DNA of 64,000 nucleotides from Planctomycetota bacterium (GTDB taxonomy: Bacteria > Planctomycetota > UBA8742 > UBA2392): NCBI GenBank assembly GCA_019636195.1, contig JAHBYA010000005.1:174-64173 (forward strand). Reading direction: 5' to 3'. The stretch's first letter is position 1, and every line of letters starts with the position of its first letter. The notes below the pieces were generated by a model. It ran no database searches, was not told where the DNA came from, and was given only the letters and a program-made list of their open reading frames with translations. The translations under genes were made by a program, and so were the position numbers. This document shows positions 59,887 through 64,000 of the stretch, in pieces.

Positions 59887-60798
59887 GTGATGTCGCGAGC
59901 CATCTTGATTCTTTGCCTGCTGTGCGCCTCAGCGCCGCTGCTCGCGCAGGAGGCATCACCCGCCGAGTTTGACATCAAGCGCAAGCCGCCGCGCACCCTG
60001 CACCCGACCGAGACCGAAAGATTCCGGCAGCTCGGCCTTGAGGAGTGGGGCGTCGCCTGGAACGTGTTTTACACCGCGCGCAGCTACAACATCACCGATA
60101 TCCGCGGGCTCGACCAGTCGCTTTCCACCAGCTGGCTGTACAGTTTTGACTTTGCCGGTCTGGGCGCGCGTGCGCACATTGAGTATCGCATTTCGCCGGA
60201 GTGGACATTTTCGATTCTGCCGCGCGCGGACATCGGCTTCGGCATTCTCAACGAAGCTTACCACAACACGCACGAGCTGACCGACCTGCCCTTTGACCGC
60301 AACTACCGCGGCGCCAATGACATGCTGAAGCTGAGCACGCGCGCCGAGCTTGAGGTGGCGCTGCGCTGGCGCTGGATGTGGTTTGTCTTGAAGTTCGACT
60401 CGTGGATGGTCTTCCGGCGCCGTGAGATCCGCGCCAACGACACCGCCTACCGCGACCCCCAGTTCGGCACGCTGAGCAGTATCAAGGACCGCAAGCGCGT
60501 GGACTGGGAGCAGGCGTATGTCTTCGGCGCCGCGACCGGTGTCGGCTTTGAGTTCTTCTTTCTGGATCCAAGCGTGCGCTTTGTTCTGTTTGCCCTGTAT
60601 CGGCCGCTGAACAACGTCACGTTCCGGAACGGCACGAGCCTCACCCACGGTATGGAGTACACGGTGCGCAGCGCCGACTTCGACATCAGCAACGTCGTGG
60701 GCGTGTACTTTGAAGTCGGCTTCCAGGCCTTCCTGCAGACCGAAGAGTTCAACAACATCTACTACTCGCAATTCAGCATCGGCCTGAAATTCCGGTAG
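59887..60798 (+). CDS. Putative outer-membrane beta-barrel protein
   Basis: The signal peptide is MMSRAILILCLLCASAPLLAQ. It has an alternating hydrophobic/aromatic strand pattern. The C-terminus is ..YYSQFSIGLKFR. Confidence 0.6.
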   Translation: MMSRAILILCLLCASAPLLAQEASPAEFDIKRKPPRTLHPTETERFRQLGLEEWGVAWNVFYTARSYNITDIRGLDQSLSTSWLYSFDFAGLGARAHIEYRISPEWTFSILPRADIGFGILNEAYHNTHELTDLPFDRNYRGANDMLKLSTRAELEVALRWRWMWFVLKFDSWMVFRRREIRANDTAYRDPQFGTLSSIKDRKRVDWEQAYVFGAATGVGFEFFFLDPSVRFVLFALYRPLNNVTFRNGTSLTHGMEYTVRSADFDISNVVGVYFEVGFQAFLQTEEFNNIYYSQFSIGLKFR

Positions 60799-60803
60799 TC
60801 GGA

Positions 60804-61487
60804 TCACGCCACGCGCGCCAACAGCGTTTCCTGCCCGCCCTCGGTCAGCGACACGCCCTGTGGCTCTGCAAGGTGCACGTTGAAGCCCGGCAGGTTCATC
60901 AGGCGCGGCAGCAGTAGCGGCAGATCAACGCCCGGCAGGTCACGCTGCATCTGGGGCAGGTTCGCCCTTTCCATGCGTGACAGCAGGTAGGCTGCCAGCC
61001 TGGCCAGCCCGTCCGTGTCTGTCTGTTTCATGTATGCCGCGCGTTTGAAGTGCCGCCATGCCTGCGCCACGGCAATCGGCGTCGCCAGCGCAATCGATGC
61101 GACCGTCCGCCAGATCGAGTAGCCGCTTTCCTGGTCGTACCAGCCAAGGCGCGCTGTGCGCTCCGGCCGCGCCAACACCAGCTCGCCGGTGTCATCGGCG
61201 CGCTCAACGGTAAGCAGCGGCAGCTCCGCGTCGCGGGCGAAAAAGTAAGCTATGAACTGGAAGAACGTCGCCACCGGCGCGATCACGGTCGGGTGCGGCG
61301 GCGAAATGCCAAGCGCACCCAGGACCACGCCCATGACCATGAACAAACCGAAGATCACAAATGCCGTCACGAAGCAGGCGGCGGAAGCGACCAGCAGGAA
61401 GACCCACGCCGTCAGCTTGTGGTAGCGCACGCGACTACGAACCACGGCCTTGGCCCACGGCTGGGTAAGAGACAGATGTTGTTCCAT
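60804..61487 (-). CDS. Hypothetical membrane protein
   Basis: 227-aa ORF with two to three TM helices in the N-terminal half. Confidence 0.55.
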   Translation of the reverse strand: MEQHLSLTQPWAKAVVRSRVRYHKLTAWVFLLVASAACFVTAFVIFGLFMVMGVVLGALGISPPHPTVIAPVATFFQFIAYFFARDAELPLLTVERADDTGELVLARPERTARLGWYDQESGYSIWRTVASIALATPIAVAQAWRHFKRAAYMKQTDTDGLARLAAYLLSRMERANLPQMQRDLPGVDLPLLLPRLMNLPGFNVHLAEPQGVSLTEGGQETLLARVA

Positions 61488-61636
61488 TCTTTGCGCGGCG
61501 GCGACAGCGCCGCAACAGGGGAAGACGGGGTTCTACGCAGTGGGATTATCCCCCATGAAGAGGCGGCTGGCAAGTTTTCAGGGCCCTGGCGCAGCGCCCG
61601 TGGCGGAAGGGATGGGCGCAGCTTGGTTTGCGCTGA

Positions 61637-62800
61637 TCACAGGCGCGGCAGGCGCTCCATCACGCGGTTGAAGTTTTCTTCGGCCATCAGGAGTTTGCGG
61701 ACGTTTTCAGGCTCCTTGTCGATCCACTCGGGTTTGCGGTCGTCCAGCCGGATGTCATCCGCGGGCACATTCAACGAAGTCTTAAGCGCCGCGGATGCGG
61801 CCCCTTGGCGAAGGTACACGATCACGACAACGGGCTGCCGGCTGGTGTCGCCCGAAGTCTTGGATTCTGCGGGCTTCACGGCCTGCATCGCCATGATGAT
61901 CGGCTTTTGCAGGTCGAAGACAACCTCGTACTGCCGCCGCTCGCCGATTACGCGCACGAACGCCCTGTCAAAGTGGATGCCGCCACGGTACCACGCGTCT
62001 TCGTACCATGCGTCGAACCAGGCAAAGAACCTGTAGCCGACGTAGATGCCCGCAACCACAGCAGCGGCCTTGGTGAAGAAGTAGCTGATATCGTCTTCCG
62101 AAAACCGCGTGTTCAACAGTCCGCCCAGGGCCTCAATCGCGTAAATGTGGGCAATCCACAGTGCCGCGATCGGCCCTAAGAACAGCAGCATCATCACAAG
62201 ACAGCCGCCGCACCCGGAGTTTGAGCCGTAGTAGATGCCACGCTGCTGCAAGGTCTGGGCGCGCCTTGAGATATCCTTGGGCGCCCATTGCGATGGGGGC
62301 GGCGCGGTTGGCTTTGCCCGGCCCGATTCGGACGGCTTCGTTGCCTGCTTTGGCTGCGCGGGCTGTGGCGGAGGCTCAGGTGCCGGTTCAGCATGGAGTG
62401 GCGAAGGCATGGGCGCGGGTGGCGGCGCTTCGGGTGCCGGCGCCGGCATGGCGGGCGGCGGTGCCGGGCTGGCTGCCAGTTCGGCCAATACGTCCAGCAC
62501 GCGCTTGACGTTGTCGTGCTCAAACGAACTCACATTCAGCTCGTGGGCAACGCCATCGGCCAGCTTCAGGTGCAGCGTGTGGCTGAACGTGCCCGCCTCA
62601 AGACGCAGCCCGCCGGATGGGTCGGCGGCAACACGCGCAAGCTCGGCGAACAGGCTGTCGCGCGTGAAAACAATCAGTTGCCCGTTGGCGACAACCAGGT
62701 GTGTTTCGCCGATCGGCCCAGCCAGCCCGCAACCCAGCGCGGCGTGGGCCTGTGGAGCGGCCCCTTGCAGCAAGCGTTCAATTTCGGGCGGGATCAGCAT
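61637..62800 (-). CDS. Hypothetical membrane protein with Pro-rich linker
   Basis: 387 aa. The layout is an N-terminal soluble domain, an ~80-aa Pro/Ala linker, TM helices and a C-terminal domain. Confidence 0.55.
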   Translation of the reverse strand: MLIPPEIERLLQGAAPQAHAALGCGLAGPIGETHLVVANGQLIVFTRDSLFAELARVAADPSGGLRLEAGTFSHTLHLKLADGVAHELNVSSFEHDNVKRVLDVLAELAASPAPPPAMPAPAPEAPPPAPMPSPLHAEPAPEPPPQPAQPKQATKPSESGRAKPTAPPPSQWAPKDISRRAQTLQQRGIYYGSNSGCGGCLVMMLLFLGPIAALWIAHIYAIEALGGLLNTRFSEDDISYFFTKAAAVVAGIYVGYRFFAWFDAWYEDAWYRGGIHFDRAFVRVIGERRQYEVVFDLQKPIIMAMQAVKPAESKTSGDTSRQPVVVIVYLRQGAASAALKTSLNVPADDIRLDDRKPEWIDKEPENVRKLLMAEENFNRVMERLPRL

Positions 62801-62923
62801 GGCCCGACTTTACGCGGGTCCGCCAGCCGTTGGAATGCCATCCGCGCCATGACAGAATGTTTCCCGCGTACCCCGACGGCTTGGGATAGAGTAGCGCCAC
62901 TGGCGCGACAGTTGGGGCACACC

Positions 62924-64000
62924 ATGACCACCCGAATTCTCTCGTTCTTACTACTGGCTTTCGCGACTTGGTTGCTGGCTTCATGCGGCGCGGGCGGCGC
63001 GCCGCCGGGCGGCGGCTCTTCGGGCCCTGCGCCTGTGGTCGTTACGGTCTCGCCGGTTTCTGTGTACGTGCAAGTTGGCACGCAGCGCCAGTTCACGGCC
63101 ACGGTGCAGGGTGGCGGCGGGACCAGCGGCGTGACATGGAGCGTACCCGCAGGCGCCGGCTACGGCACGATTGACCAGAATGGCTTGTACACCGCGCCGC
63201 TGGCGCTGCCTGTGCCCAGCACCGTTGATGTGCGCGCGACCAGCCAGGTGGACCCCACAAAGTTCGCGACGGCCAGTGTGCAGCTTGTGGCGGGCACGGT
63301 GTGGGGCCAGTTGCCGGTGGCCTTTCAGGTGCGCACGCGGGGCAACTGGCAGTCCAACGTCGCGCCGGTCACTGCGGGCATACCGTTGCCGCGCGGCGTG
63401 CACAGCGACGTCAACCAGTTGCGCGTGCAGCAGCAGGGCGGCGCAAACGTGCCCGCGCAGTTTGAGGTCCTGTCGCGTTGGGGCGATGGCAGCATCCGCT
63501 GGGTGCTGTGCGACTTCATGGCTGACCTTTCGGCGGGCACCGGCATCGGCAACTACCAGCTGAACAACGGCGGCAGCGGCACCGCGCCCGCCGGCAACCT
63601 GAACGTCGTCAATGGAGCCAACGACATCACCGTCAGCACCGGCCTGCTGAACTTCAGGGTAAGCAAGACCGGCTTTCGGCTGTTTGAAAGCATACAGATT
63701 GACCGTGACAACAACGGCCAGGTCAACGACGAGTGCCTGGACACCGCGGCACTCAAGGGCGCGGTGGTGGTGGATGGCGCAACCGAGTACACCATGAACC
63801 GCACAGCGCCGACGCGCATTGAAGTGGAACAGACAGGGCCGATACGCGCGACCGTGCTTGTCGAGGGTCGCCACCAGGACGCCGGCAGCAACACCATTCT
63901 TGACTACGTCTGCCGCATTACCGCGTGGGCCAACCTGCCCTTTGTCAGAGTGCAGTACAGCTTCAAGAACATGGCCGGCCACGGCGTGGCCGCGGGCACA
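62924..64000 (+). CDS. Lipoprotein with bacterial Ig-like (Big_2-type) domain, 3'-truncated by the window edge
   Basis: ATG 62924 begins MTTRILSFLLLAFATWLLASC (lipobox). The Big_2 pattern is VTVSPVSVYVQVGTQRQFTATV...VTWSV...GTIDQNGLYTAP. The frame is open to position 64000. It is not in the ORF track because there is no stop. Confidence 0.7.
   Translation, partial: MTTRILSFLLLAFATWLLASCGAGGAPPGGGSSGPAPVVVTVSPVSVYVQVGTQRQFTATVQGGGGTSGVTWSVPAGAGYGTIDQNGLYTAPLALPVPSTVDVRATSQVDPTKFATASVQLVAGTVWGQLPVAFQVRTRGNWQSNVAPVTAGIPLPRGVHSDVNQLRVQQQGGANVPAQFEVLSRWGDGSIRWVLCDFMADLSAGTGIGNYQLNNGGSGTAPAGNLNVVNGANDITVSTGLLNFRVSKTGFRLFESIQIDRDNNGQVNDECLDTAALKGAVVVDGATEYTMNRTAPTRIEVEQTGPIRATVLVEGRHQDAGSNTILDYVCRITAWANLPFVRVQYSFKNMAGHGVAAGT

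Overview
High-GC (roughly two-thirds G+C by eye) bacterial chromosomal window. The gene content looks Planctomycetota-like: a DUF1549/DUF1553 protein, pseudopilin GspG-domain proteins, many exported hypothetical proteins and frequent 4-nt ATGA gene overlaps. This taxonomic call is inference only.

About 55 protein genes and one tRNA-Asn are supported. Housekeeping genes are phoH (partial), cdsA, htpX, rnpA, priA, polA, coaE, rho, ruvC, pckA, orn, fba, a fused E1 alpha/beta dehydrogenase and an RluE-like pseudouridine synthase. These are interleaved with a same-strand cluster (Ser/Thr kinase, membrane protein, DUF4129, DUF4350, MoxR, DUF58) and many exported or membrane proteins. No CRISPR array, transposase, integrase, rRNA or recognisable defence island was seen.

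Most interesting observations:
1. Two divergently transcribed, exported thioredoxin-fold genes (43438..44460 minus, 44685..45665 plus) each carry one in-frame TGA exactly at the first Cys of the CxxC redox motif (U-S-I-C and U-G-P-C). Each TGA is followed by a hairpin with GU in the apical loop. They are candidate selenoproteins that ORF callers split.
2. Palindromic elements whose arms are built from tandem 7-nt units occur at four or more loci. One is inserted in-frame inside priA.
3. A ParE/RelE toxin gene has its C-terminus frameshifted by a perfect 23-bp tandem duplication.
4. A MYXO-CTERM-like, Cys-containing C-terminal sorting tag is present on two exported proteins.
5. A Sec-exported protein consists of four tandem GspG pseudopilin core domains.
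6. A tandem pair of paralogous proteins has the layout TM, coiled coil, beta domain, BRCT-like domain.

All functional calls come from motif recognition by eye. No database search was run.
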